Source: Antedon mediterranea (lineage: Eukaryota; Animalia; Echinodermata). From it: a stretch of DNA of 64,000 nt. This document shows, piece by piece, positions 1 to 12,700 of the stretch. The stretch is taken from positions 20,584,001-20,648,000 of the forward strand of contig NC_092671.1 in NCBI RefSeq assembly GCF_964355755.1. Reading direction: 5' to 3'. Every line of letters begins with the position of its first letter. The stretch's first letter is position 1. Under the pieces are notes generated by a model, which saw nothing but the letters and a program-made list of their open reading frames with translations, had not been told where the DNA came from and did no database searches. The translations under genes and the position numbers were made by a program.

Positions 1-375
1 TCCTTTTAAGCTAGCGATCAACTGAACGTTCTGATACTATACTTAGAATGAAGTTTAACCTGCTATGTTAGATCGTGGGAAATTTTGATTTATATTCGCC
101 GTGAAGTAGGTAAACACGCACGAAGGAAAAGATTATGATTAAAATATATTGTATATTTTTTAGTAATTTACAACTTGGTCCTCTGCAAGTCAAAATTACC
201 ACAATAATTTTCACACCTTGTTAATTCACAAAGAACATTGTAGGGTTCTTTATTACGGTTAAAACTCCCTATGAACTTCAAAACGTAGCTCATTGAAAGT
301 TATATATAGTATACTATACTGGGGTTATGAAGCCAAACAACGTAACCTACAAAGCCTTCATTCTATCTAAGAAGC

Positions 376-405
376 CAGCTCGTAGGAAAAGTTGCAGTAT
401 TTTCT
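376..405 (+). repeat. 30-bp inverted repeat, left arm (pairs with 3545-3574)
   Basis: cagctcgtaggaaaagttgcagtattttct is the exact reverse complement of 3545-3574. Confidence 0.9.
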
Positions 406-567
406 GTAAAGAGTGTTTGGCACTATCAGTTGTAATCCTTAAAGTGGATATAAGGCCTTTAACCAAATAACTAATTTTGGGCAGAGATAAATTTCAGCAT
501 GTCAATATCGTGGTTCCATGACTAGGTTGGCAAAAAATAATTGTACAAATAAAACAACCAAGCAGAC

Positions 568-789
568 CTTTCGTTTTTCTCTTTCTCTGTCCTTATCTGA
601 ATCCTTTTCTTTATTTTCTTCATCTTTTATTTTTTCCTTTCCTCTATCTTTTTTTTCCTGTTCTTTGTGGTTTCCACCTCTTTCTCTTGATCTTTTTCTT
701 TCTTTACTTGAACTTCTTTGTTTGTTAGCCTTTCTTTCTATGTTCTCTTTTCCAGAGCCACCTCGTTTCTCAGAGTTGTCATTTTGATC
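568..789 (-). CDS. TRAF3IP1: TRAF3IP1/IFT54 coding exon 6 (222 nt), charged low-complexity region
   Basis: Acceptor ttttag, open frame [39 protein letters not shown]...[10 protein letters not shown], donor GTCTGC; phase 0 at both ends. Confidence 0.88.
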
Positions 790-3700
790 CTAAAATTTAA
801 AAAAATAAGCAAATTATTGTAAAAGTTCAATCAAAGTACATGGAATGAATATAATTTCACACTTGTCAATTTAGAATGAAGATATATAAGAAATATAAAT
901 TCTCAATAGCAACAACTTTTTTTAATTGAAGTATTATTATTATATTTTAGAATAAATCATCTCACATTGATCACATCATTGTTGGTGCACTACTCTATCA
1001 TTTTGTCAAGAAAGAGTTTGAATAACATGCAGTAAAAAGTGAACTTAAAGTTTTAATTGATATGAGGTCATGCAAATTAGAGTACACATACTATTACTAT
1101 ACTTCATAGCCACTACATACCAATAATATAGATAACCAAAGAATATATATCACAAGAATGAGTAATCCACGATTTTCCCTGTAACAGTAATATTGTCCAT
1201 GTGGTAGGGCGCCGCCATAAGTGAGGATGTATCTGGGATGTATACAACTTTTTGTGACGGTTTCACTAATCAAAGGCTGGACCACCGGTAGTATTTTCAT
1301 GATAAAAAATGTTATCAACTACATGCCAACATCATGTTAAATACTATTTGGATATTTAATTGTTCGTTTTATGGAATTTATTTAGTAAAAACTGCCGTAT
1401 AAACAGTTTGCTTTATCAACCGGGCGCTACGATAGCGTGACCGGGCGTGTTGGTGTTTACGCGTTTTCACGAAGGATAGTTTAATAATATTCCTATATTT
1501 AACTTGTTTCTGGTAAAACAAATAAATGTTAAAATGGACCTGAAATGGATTTTCGATTTTTTTCATTTTAGAATGATGTTTTGGGGGCTATTAGGTGTTG
1601 CTAGAATGTATATTGTTACAAAATATAAATTGGCCCTTTTGGGGAAAGCCCCATTTGAAAATAAAAAAAATTCGCAGGTGACGTCACTTTGCGAATATAT
1701 TCCTATCCCTCCAATGAACAATTTGCAGTTTTTTGGCTATAACTCTTGAAATCTATGGAGTATTTTTTTTTTTTTTGCAGAAACGTATTTAGAATTTTTT
1801 TAGATAAAATTATTACCGTATAAACGGTTATTCATCGAGTAAATGACGATTTAAAATCTTAAAATCAATGGTTTTTTTCTGGCAATACCGAAGTTGGCCT
1901 GGCAACGTTGTCCGGGATACAGCTCCGTGCGCAATGATGCGTATCAATATTTTCCGTTCGTGTATTTTGTATATCGTTCGTAATTTATACTGCTAAAATG
2001 TGTTCGTTTCTTTAGTTTTTAGTTTAGCAGAATTAAATTAGTAATATGAGATGATAATTTATTTGTCACGAATCAGGCAGTTCGAAAACGAATTTTATTC
2101 ATATTTTACTTTGGCTTGACAATGAGCGCAGCAAGTTGTTGATATCGCTTTGGTCCTTGGATGCACATGAAACGGAGCCTCGCCGCATGATGTGGGTGGT
2201 GGATCGACTCGACTCCGCGCGCTGGATTGGGGGCCTAGGCCTAGTAAAGGTTTGGGAGGTAGGCCTTCTAAATTCGAGTTTTAGAACAAACGAAGTACAT
2301 TTTAGGGACCTATATTTCAACAACATTAGATATTGAATAAATTAGTATTAGTGTCAACGCTTCGCGTATCTTTCCAGGCCGTCGATCATTCACTGACTAT
2401 CGGGCGGCATACACGCTCTCGATCATCGTGTGTATATGTGACGTCGTGAATATAGAGGCTTCCGACGGCCGTTGAAATAGAATATTGCAATGGCGTGAGT
2501 AATTTTCGCTAATTTACCATGGTATCTTAAAATTTCGTTTTTACTCAAAATACTATACATTTTGTTTTTATTTGTATGGGTTTGTGTTAATTTGATACAT
2601 TTAAATAACATGTGTGAATTTCTTGAAAATCGAAATTCCATTTCAGGTCCATTTTAATGACATTTAACATTTTGTCCTATTAATAACATGTATTTTATAC
2701 TAATTTATATCATAAAAGCAATACTTAATTTACCGGGCGTAGAGTAGTACACGGCAATGGTAAAGAATAGGCCGTGCTGAGTAACGATTCGTTGATTTTT
2801 GATGTTGCTGTGTTAGGCCTTTTTTGTGAACTAACTTAGCATGTTAGTAAATAATTGTCTGTAAAAGTGAATGTACACTAGTTTGTTAATAAATATGTAT
2901 TATAAAATAGTTTACAATTGCAAAAACTATTATCATAATTCTATTTAATGTGACATGTATAATATCTATTAAATCACGTCTTATTTAGTATGTATACATC
3001 CGCCCTTATGAGGGCGGGCATCACTCACTGGCGCTCTCGGTTACAAATTTCTCATGCAAAAATAGCGGAATACTCATTCTTGTGATATATATTCTTTGAG
3101 ATAACCTATAGAACCATGAGCTATAGAATCAAATTGCATGCGACTTAAAATGCCAATTTTTTAAGGAATTAGGCTTGAAACTGAAGCATAATAAAAATTG
3201 CGACAGTGAATTGATTCATAATGCATACTTTATTGTCTCTCAAACTTTTGTCTGCACTTGGTTTTCCCTCTTTCTCCTCTTTCTTTGGTAATTTACTTGA
3301 CTTTAGTGTTTCACCATTTAGTACTTTCTTCACAGCTTCACTGCTATCTAACTGTATATAAAAAAAAAACATTCCAAGTTAGTAAACTATCTGAAAACAA
3401 AGCAAGAACAAAATTATTCTTCCTCTGTGGAAACCCATTACAACTAATTACAATTAATTAAATCAGGCTTTGAATAGGTTATTTTGTAGTTTTAAAAAAA
3501 TAATGAAAGGCCAAATTGTTATCGGTAACCATTACCGTACAGAAAGAAAATACTGCAACTTTTCCTACGAGCTGCCTTTGTATATATAGTAGAACAGGAT
3601 ATATTGTTTTATGTTGCAATAGGCCAAGCCTAGACATCGGTGTATTTATAATTTGCTAACCCAAGGTAGGATTAAAAAATTTACAGCGTGGGCCTATACC

Positions 3701-6700
3701 AGCAAAACAAGGATAGATTGATATCGTCTCGTAGGCATACATCCGTCTAAATTAGGCTAACCGGTGCATAGTGCTGCTACAAAATTTGAAGTCTCCAAGC
3801 CTAGGTAGGGTTAGCGAACAGTACATTGTTAAATTGCATTGTACATGCTTCTAAAGGTTTATTTATTCTAGGAGTAAAAAAAAAATTATACCATGTATCA
3901 AATCACAATGGTTAGGCCAAAAAAAGAAAAATTATTGTGTTGGCCACGCCCGACCGACCCTAAAGTGACGAAAATGAAGGTCAGCCTTTTTTTTTTGTGA
4001 GCCAAACGGCAATTGTAAAACCAAATAGTGAAAATATATTGTCTTATTCGCCAAATTGGCGAATTTATTTCACCTCCGCCGTGTAAAAAAGAAGTGTGCA
4101 ACCAACCGTGACTCAATCATGTGATAACCGGAATATGTGATTATCAATTTTGGGGGGATCGAAGTTTTAACTAAATAAACGCTTTGATTACACAGTGGTT
4201 GAGACACGTTTTTAATAGTTATTACATTTTTTAACATCCTCTTAATTAATCAAAGTAATCAATAATCAATTATTACCTTCTCAATAATACATTTTGCCAT
4301 CGCTATCAGCATTTCATTGGTCTTGTCAGGCTCATGACCTGCAACAATCTTAGATGTCTTCACTGTAAGTTGTTTGCCACTAACCATACCTGTAATTATT
4401 GTTGTATGGAAATAAGTAATGTGATTGTGTCATTGGTCATTCTATGAAATATATGCTAGTTTTTTACATAGTTTGCATTGTAAGAGAGTCAATTGCTTGG
4501 TTGTTTTATTGTGCCAAGCAAAACATTACAAATTTCCATTTTAAAGTGGACCAATACAATTTCTTGAATCTTGAATCTTGATCATTTGATATCATTAATA
4601 AACAGTATGTCTGCTTTGAAACTGCAATCTGGCTTTTTCAATATCGGTTTTTAGTCCAAGTCAAAAATCACTCTCAGTCTCACTGGGGTATCTTGTACCT
4701 TAATAAAACTTACACTGAAGGTTCAGAATATATTGTAAAGATCATTTCTTGAAGTTGCGTCGTTCAAAATTTGGGATTTAACATTAGATTTTATACCCAA
4801 CCACCAAGCATGAGACGTCATAAGCACCCTTTGAAAAATACATTGACAAAGCTATAAAACCTACAGTAAAATAATAACTGTTTATACAATAATTTAAGTA
4901 TCTACATAAAATTATAAATTATGGTTAATTCTGACATAGGCGAGCACAATGCAAAAACTTCGGTATAAATCTCCGCCTTATCTATCTCAGATGTACCGCA
5001 AAAAGTAGATTTGATAACATTAGTTTTCAGTTCGATGCTATTGTGCCATATTTCTATCTTAGGAAGATATTATAAAGGGTTTTATAAGAAATTTTCTGAT
5101 TTCAATCGGTAAATTTTAACTCTACGTTCGGTAGAATAGAAGTAATTTCCGGGTTCACGGAAGGTGTTGGTTTCAACTAAGTTGGCTGTTGATGCTTGGT
5201 GGCGATAGCCATTTTGTTTTTTGTGTTTATTTTCGGACCGAGCGTGTGAAGGTATAGTAGTACATAAAGATCAAATTAAATACTGTACATTCATGAAACA
5301 TAGGAGTAAATTGTGGGAAATAATTATATAAAATTACATTACATCGAGAGAATTGATGATAACAGCTTTTGTTTTGAAATCGAATGAAACCCGTGATAGC
5401 CGAGTTGTTATCTGTGTCCCGTCAGGACCACTGTGTCGCGGAATAATGTATTAATTATACCAATTAGGATGGTATTTATTTGAATAAACGCCTGGAACAC
5501 CTCCCCAATAAAACATCAATTAAAATAATTATCTTGCTACTCACCCCCCCCCCCCCCCACCACCCCAAATACATCTAATATACGCCCATCCACATTTATA
5601 CACACAATATTGCATTATATTTATAACACAATTATACAATTTTTAGTAGATTTCTTTGGACTGTTATCTACAATTTACCAAGCATTTGATATTCTTTTTT
5701 ACCACTTTTCATATCTACAATAAACACTATACACCTAAAACACTACTAGATTTAATTCGTCACTATGACGAATTATAGGTTATATGCATTGATTTAAATA
5801 AAGATAATTGATTGATTTAAGATATTTTGATTGATTGATTTTCTCAGAATCTTTAGTTATTTATAATATATGATAGGATCTTGCTAACGCAAATACAATA
5901 GCCGGTATCATAATCCGATCAAAGATCCTTCTGCGTATATAATGTCATAAACCACATTTTGTGTTTTTAAATAAATTTCATTATAAATCATCTGTATAAT
6001 CTATACACTAAGAAATACAATTGAACAAACAATACGGATAATAAAAAAAAATCTTATTTTGTTTCGTTTCCCAAGGTGAGACTCGAACTCGGTACCTTAA
6101 ATGCTATAGACACGAGCAAAGACCACCGAGCCATACACAACTGACTAAAAAATATGGAAATATTCCTCCGTGTATTTACTATGCAGTAACCACTTTGGTG
6201 CAGATAGATTATTACATACCGCAATGAATTATAATGTTTTACTATGATGACATCTTTAAAGATTTTTAAAAATGATGCACTGTCAAACTATATACTTTTA
6301 ACTTTAATATATGAACTTCTTAAGGAAGAAAGTTAATGTTAAGTTTGTTATTTCGGCCTAAGAAAATTGTATAATTTGTTTGATTGTCGAAATTAATTTT
6401 TGTAAATTTAATATGCCATTAATGATGACTTAATCAACTTTTGTTCTCTTAATTTCATAATAAATCATACATATGATACATACACTTCAAAAAAATGAAA
6501 TAAAAAATCTGTGTTCCCGAGCATTCTAACGATATATATTAATTTTAAAATTTAGCATATTTTCACCATTTTGTTAACTTACACGTGCGTAGCCTGTCAC
6601 TTTTGACGTACTCGTATAACGCTGTTTGGCGTTGAAAAGTTAATACAATATGATGATATTGTTAAAGAAAGGTTATACAACAGTAATCGGACAAAAACAG

Positions 6701-9700
6701 TGCGTAATAACGTTTGACGCGCAGTGCGCGTGCAAAAATCTGCGCACTTATGGCAATTTTTAAACGCTTAAAATTGCCTGAAACGTACTCTAATTTCATC
6801 GAAAATAAATTCTGACAATTTTGAACATTTTAAGCGCGCGTACGCATGAGTTATATGCGCTACGCACGTAATTGTATTGCCATATGATGAAATATGACCT
6901 AAAATTTATGAGTATCAAATTTTGTTTAAAAGTGATTCATGCTTGTGAAGATATGATTACAAACGTGATTTCGTTAAATCGCGCGTAGACCGCGTAATGT
7001 TTGATTGCGCACAGTGAAAACATAACCACATCGATTCCTGGCCATAAGGAATATACTCTGAAAAATTGACTTAGTTAGATGAAACTGATATCAAGATAAT
7101 TGACGGACAAATAGTGCTAAGGAAAGAATAAATAAATAAATAAATAAATAAAGAAATAAATAAAGATTCTGACAGAATCAAGAGGTTATATGCATATCAT
7201 GCATATAACCTAATTAATCATCTAAGACACTTAGGTTAGTGAGTACGTTTAGTTTTACGAATATCAAAAGCATTTAAATAATGGTAACCGACAGAAATTG
7301 TCCAGGCCAGAATGTCCTAAAACTGTTTACGTCCCGAGTCATTATCATTCCGAGAACCATCGTCTACACTTCCTAGTAGTTTACAATTTACAATACATTT
7401 AAATATAATAAAATACATACAGTAACATATAAAGAAACCTAAATAAAACCTAAAATATTTACAGATAACGTAAAATGTTTAAATTAAAAATACCCTCAGC
7501 CCTGTGCTGCATGCCGTGCACCATTTCAAATGAGTACAATACTGTATTCTTGCTCATGTTTCTACCTCAGGCTACCTCAGGCTCCTACCAAACATACATT
7601 GAGCACCTTTTTTTAACAAAAATTTGATCCAGGCTGGCTGTGATAGAATTTAGAAAGCCTTTTTTATTTTTTCTAAAAGCATGCGTCTCATAATTTCAGC
7701 CACACTTCGTCGCATTCGCGGTAAACAATTTACGACATTTTAAGTCAAATTTTCTTGTTAAATTCCCAATTTTGAACGAAGCAACATCAAGAAATGACAT
7801 CTTTACATTATATTTTTAGCCTACTGTGTAAATTTCATTACGGTAGAAGCTTATGCCCCAAACTTTAGAAACAAAATTTATTTTATATTCAATTACTTAC
7901 TTATGACATCTATGGCCTTCTGCAAAAATGCTACCTTACTGTCTTTATCCTAAAAATAGAGATTGAAAATAGATTAAAAGCTACAGGCATTTCAAATACA
8001 ATTTCTTAAAACAAATTAAAAATGTGTAACAGAAATTATAATTAACTAGAGGATGAGCTCGCTTCGCTCGCTCCCCCTCTAGGAAGTGTAGACCTGGTAT
8101 TTGTAACAGTAATGACATCGTGCGCAACGTCAAGAGTGAACCTGGTCTAAGTACGAGTGACCATGTAGGCATATATTTAGACATTTCAGGACGGCTGGTC
8201 CGTCCTAAGCATGTCGACAGATTTTTTTATCAGTATAAAAAAGTCATTCATGATGATCTTTTTCAGACTTTGAATGCAGTCCCATGGGATTTGTGTTTTA
8301 ACCAGCCTAACATTGACTTAACTTGGTCGTATTTTAAAGACCTGTTTCTCGCAGCCATTGACGATTGTGTACCTAAGGTGAAAAGTAGATCTCGTAATGT
8401 ACCAATTTGGATAACTAGTGAACTCATTCAGTTGTCACGTAAAAAGAGGCGATTATTTAGGGCTGGTAAACGACATCCAAACAATGTACATAAATGGGAC
8501 AAGTACAAAAAACTTAGAAATAATTTGCGGACACTTACGAGAAAATCACACTTTGAATACTTGCACAACCTAAGCATTGGATGTAAGAGAAACCCCAAAC
8601 GATTTTGGTAATATGTAAAAAAGAAACGCAAATCAACTTCTGAAACTAACTTTACTCATAACGGTAATGTTATTAATTCAAATGTTGAAGTTGCAAATGC
8701 TTTTGCTAACTTCTTTCATTCTAATTTTACCAAAGACAACGACAGTTTTAGTCTAAACAATGAAACGGCTAATTGTCAGCATAATGATATTATTTCTTCA
8801 TCTCATATTTGTATTGATAATAACACAACTTTTAGAGCTCTGTTAATATCCTTAGATACAAATAAATCTCCTGGACCCGACGGGATTACTCCCAAAATGT
8901 TAAGTATGGCTGCACCGATCATTTCTCCTATCCTGTGTAGGATCTTTAAATTATCTCTTGATCAGGGTAGAGTTCCTTTGGATTGGAAGCTAGCCAATAT
9001 TCAAATCTGGTAACAGAAACGAAATATCGAATTATAGACCTATTTCACTTTGTTCAGTCGTGGGTAACGTACTTGAGTGCTTTGTGGCAGATTATCTCCT
9101 CCAACACTTGCAGCGTAATGGTTTTATTAGCCCTGTTCAACATGGATTTTATCCAGGCCGCTCATGTGTTACTCAAGCTACCTCTTTATACCATGAATGG
9201 GCTAAAACCCTTGATATTGCCAATCCTCCTGTTATTGATGCTATTTTTCTGGACTGGGAAAAGGCGTTTGATCGCGTCAGCCACTCTAAGCTTCTTCATA
9301 AACTCCATGATTTCGGAGTGTGTGGGCACATGCTAGGCTGGATAGATTCATTTCTTTCAGGTCGGCAGCAACATGTCCTCATTAATGGTCAGGTGTCCGA
9401 ATGGAATGATGTCAATTCCGGGGTTCCACAGGGCTCTGTTTTGGGCCCCATCCTATTTAATGCGTTTGTTTTTGACCTTCCAATGTCTGTCACCTCCAAA
9501 CTCAGGCAGTATGCTGACGATACAGTCATATTTCGGCCAATATGCTCTAATGTTGATGTAGTTTCTCTCCAAAATGATTTAAATCGCATAGATACCTTGG
9601 TATCCATTTCTCTTCTGATCTCTCTTGGTCCAAGCATGTTAATGCCGTCTCTACTAAATCGCTCCAAATTCTTGGGTTTATTAAACGCTTTGTGGCAGTA

Positions 9701-12700
9701 AATGACTGGAATATGCTGCCCATGTCTGGTTTCCACATCAAAAGCAGCACATTACTGCTGTTAATAAATCCCTTCGTCGAGTCACCAAGTTATGTGTGCC
9801 TGGTGGAATACGAGGAGCGATTACTTAGGTTAAAGTTGCCTTCGATTGACCAGAGATTAAAGTATCTCAGTATTATTTTTGTAGTTAAGTGTTTTTATGG
9901 TCATATTGATTTTGACATACACAATTATATTGATTTTAACCCTAGACACCCTGAAAAAGTTATTTTTTAATTCAAATTTGCAAGATTTGTCTAAAATTCT
10001 CGTTATTCAATCAGTTTCCACGTATTTGGCAAAATATCCATGACCCCATCAAAGACCGATTTTTATTTAGCTTCAGCCAATTTAAAAACTCTCTTCATTC
10101 AACTATTACTGAACTTTAAATTGTGCATTTCTTTGTGTAATTACAATTATTACTTATAATTGTTGATTGCTCAATTTGTTTATGTCAATATTTTGTAGTT
10201 TTCATATTTATGATCTTTTGATGTGTATTTTATATATTTTAAAGTTTATGTGTGTCTTCAATTTTTATGTGATTTATGTATGTGGTTTGGAGTATTGGAG
10301 AGCCACCATCCACACTTCGTTTGTTAATGTTGTTGTCTGTATACCTGGAAATTGAATAAATAAATAAATAAATAAATAAAAAAAATGGTTCTCGGAATGA
10401 TAATGACTCGGGTAAAAAGGTTTTAGAAGGACGTTCTCCTTGTACGTTTTCTGTCGGTTACCATTATGAATCAATCAATCAAAATCTTTATTTATTCAGG
10501 AAATTATAACATTTATACAAAAACATTAAAAGAAAGAATTTATAAAATAATACAGCATTAGGCTACCTGTTTTAAATATGTTTGCAATTTCTTTCTTGAA
10601 TACGTTCAGAGATTGTGGCATCTTGATATAAATATTATGTTTATTCAAGTTATAACCCCCCCCCCCCCCCCCCGCCCTATAACAAATAGTACGTTTTTTA
10701 TAGTCAGTGCGAGGTTTCGGAACATAGAGGTTTGTATCTTTATGCCTAAAGTTATATTTGAAATTATTTTGTTTAACCAGATTTGATAGATATGTGGGTG
10801 CACGCCCGTCATAAATTTATAAATTAACATGCAACATTCATACTCATCTTTAGTTGAGAGGGTAAGCCAATTTACTCGCTGAAGTGCATCTTTACTTGGT
10901 GTGTCCCAAGATAGGCCAAATATGATTCGGGCTGTTCTATTTTGTACAGTTTTTACTCTTTTTAGAAAGCTCGAGCCACAATTACCACAGATTACACTAC
11001 AATAAGTTAGATGTGGAATAATAATAGAATTTGCAATATTTTGAAAAATGTATCTACCGTATGTTTCGGTGTATAAGTCGCACCTGTGTATAAGACGCAC
11101 CCCCTAACTGAGAGTAAAATATCGGTATTTTTTATATCGTCGATGTATAAGACGCACTTTATATTTCATCAAAACAATGTTTTTTTTTAAATAGTAATCA
11201 ATATTATTGTAATAATATATTGTTATATCTACAACGGAGTCCTTTATTTAGGGTTTTTCTTACCTAGGCTCGGCCGCGACCAACCTCAACAAGTTCTTTC
11301 TAACTTATTATGTTATTCATGAGTTTCGTACCCGCAACATCGAGTGCATGAGCGTGTGTGTAACACGCACGTGTATGGGCTAGCCTCGCTCGATCATTTC
11401 GAGAGGGCGCACGTTTTCATGGACAATCGTATTCGATTAGTATCTATGTATCCGAGAAGTGTATACGCTAGGTCCATGCTATAATCAACTAGAGAAAATA
11501 CTAGTCGAATACCATAGACCATGTGGCCGCCAATGATAGGTAGCCTATGATAGGCCTAGGCTAGCCAACAAGGTGAAGATATGTACAATCTGTTGTGTGT
11601 GGTGTGAGGCATAACGTTCGGTGTATAAGACGCACCCTTAATTTAGAGGTCAAATTTGCGTGTCAAAAGTGCGACTTATACGGTAAATCGTTTAGCACAA
11701 GAAGCAGTAATTTCTTTCTGTACTGTAGAGGACAGCAAATTATGTCTTAAGACGAAAAATACTTGCTTGCGCATTAGCTTTTTTTCTTTAGTCTTAGCGA
11801 TGGCGGCGCTATAACATTTTATCTCCGTATTTTCAATTCCATCAAAAGAGGGTGCATTCTGGTTACTATTTTTTTTATTACTTGAAATAGAGAAAGAACA
11901 CAACAGTCAGAAATACATACAAAAATCATTCGCTCTAAACTTAAATCAAATCAACATTTATTTTTATCAATGACAGCCACCCTTGGCAGCCGATACAGTG
12001 TTCTAAAGTTAGTAAAATGGGTTGTACCTATCCTGAAAATAGTTTTGCTCGTCCAATCTAGGCCATCTTTATGAAGATCGATATCATTATTTTAGCGTCC
12101 GTAGTACAGCGAATGTTCAATGTTCTGGCCTAGCGCGCTCGCGTTGTAAAAAAGAATGTTTCTGTTGCAGAAATGAGATAAGACGAAATTTGTCATCTTA
12201 AGGCAGGGTGTTATTCGTCTTAGATTTAAGACAAAATGAAGCAAATATTTTTGCTTAGATATATTGATAAATCTGACTTAGGCAAAATCAAGGATTTAAG
12301 GCAAAATTAAGACGATTTTTTTGCTAAGCAAGTTTGATAAATCCGGCCCCAAATCTCCCACACAAAAAAAATAGCAAAATATCAAAACCATTGAAATAAA
12401 AAAAAATTTTTAATGTAAAAAAAAAACACACGAACATGTTAAATATGAAAACCAATTAACAATTCGTGTTTCCGCAACAATGGGTTTTTCATTAGATGTA
12501 CGGTATGTCCACTTTTTTATTTTATCTTTATAGGCTATATTATGTATCATTCATTCATGACCCTCTAATTTCCCCTGTCCTCTGCCATCTGTTTGACTTC
12601 AGCGTAGGTTCCCAGTATCAAATAATGAATACACCACGGAAAACACCCAATTTATGCTTTCGTATATATATATTAGTGTTTGCGCTCATCATAGGCCTAC

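Larger units (their letters stand above)
7283..10462. mobile_element. Fold-back MITE (GG...CC ends, AT flanks; ISL2EU/Harbinger-related) split by the exon-3 segment and by a LINE
   Basis: Left arm 7283-7376 is the imperfect reverse complement of 8079-8093 + 10385-10462, including a perfect 28-bp block cccgagtcattatcattccgagaaccat; central hairpin at 8046-8082. Confidence 0.75.

Noticed and set aside
518-787. Plus-strand S/F/L-rich 89-aa membrane protein ORF
   Set aside because: It is the antisense shadow of the K/E/R-rich TRAF3IP1 exon 6.
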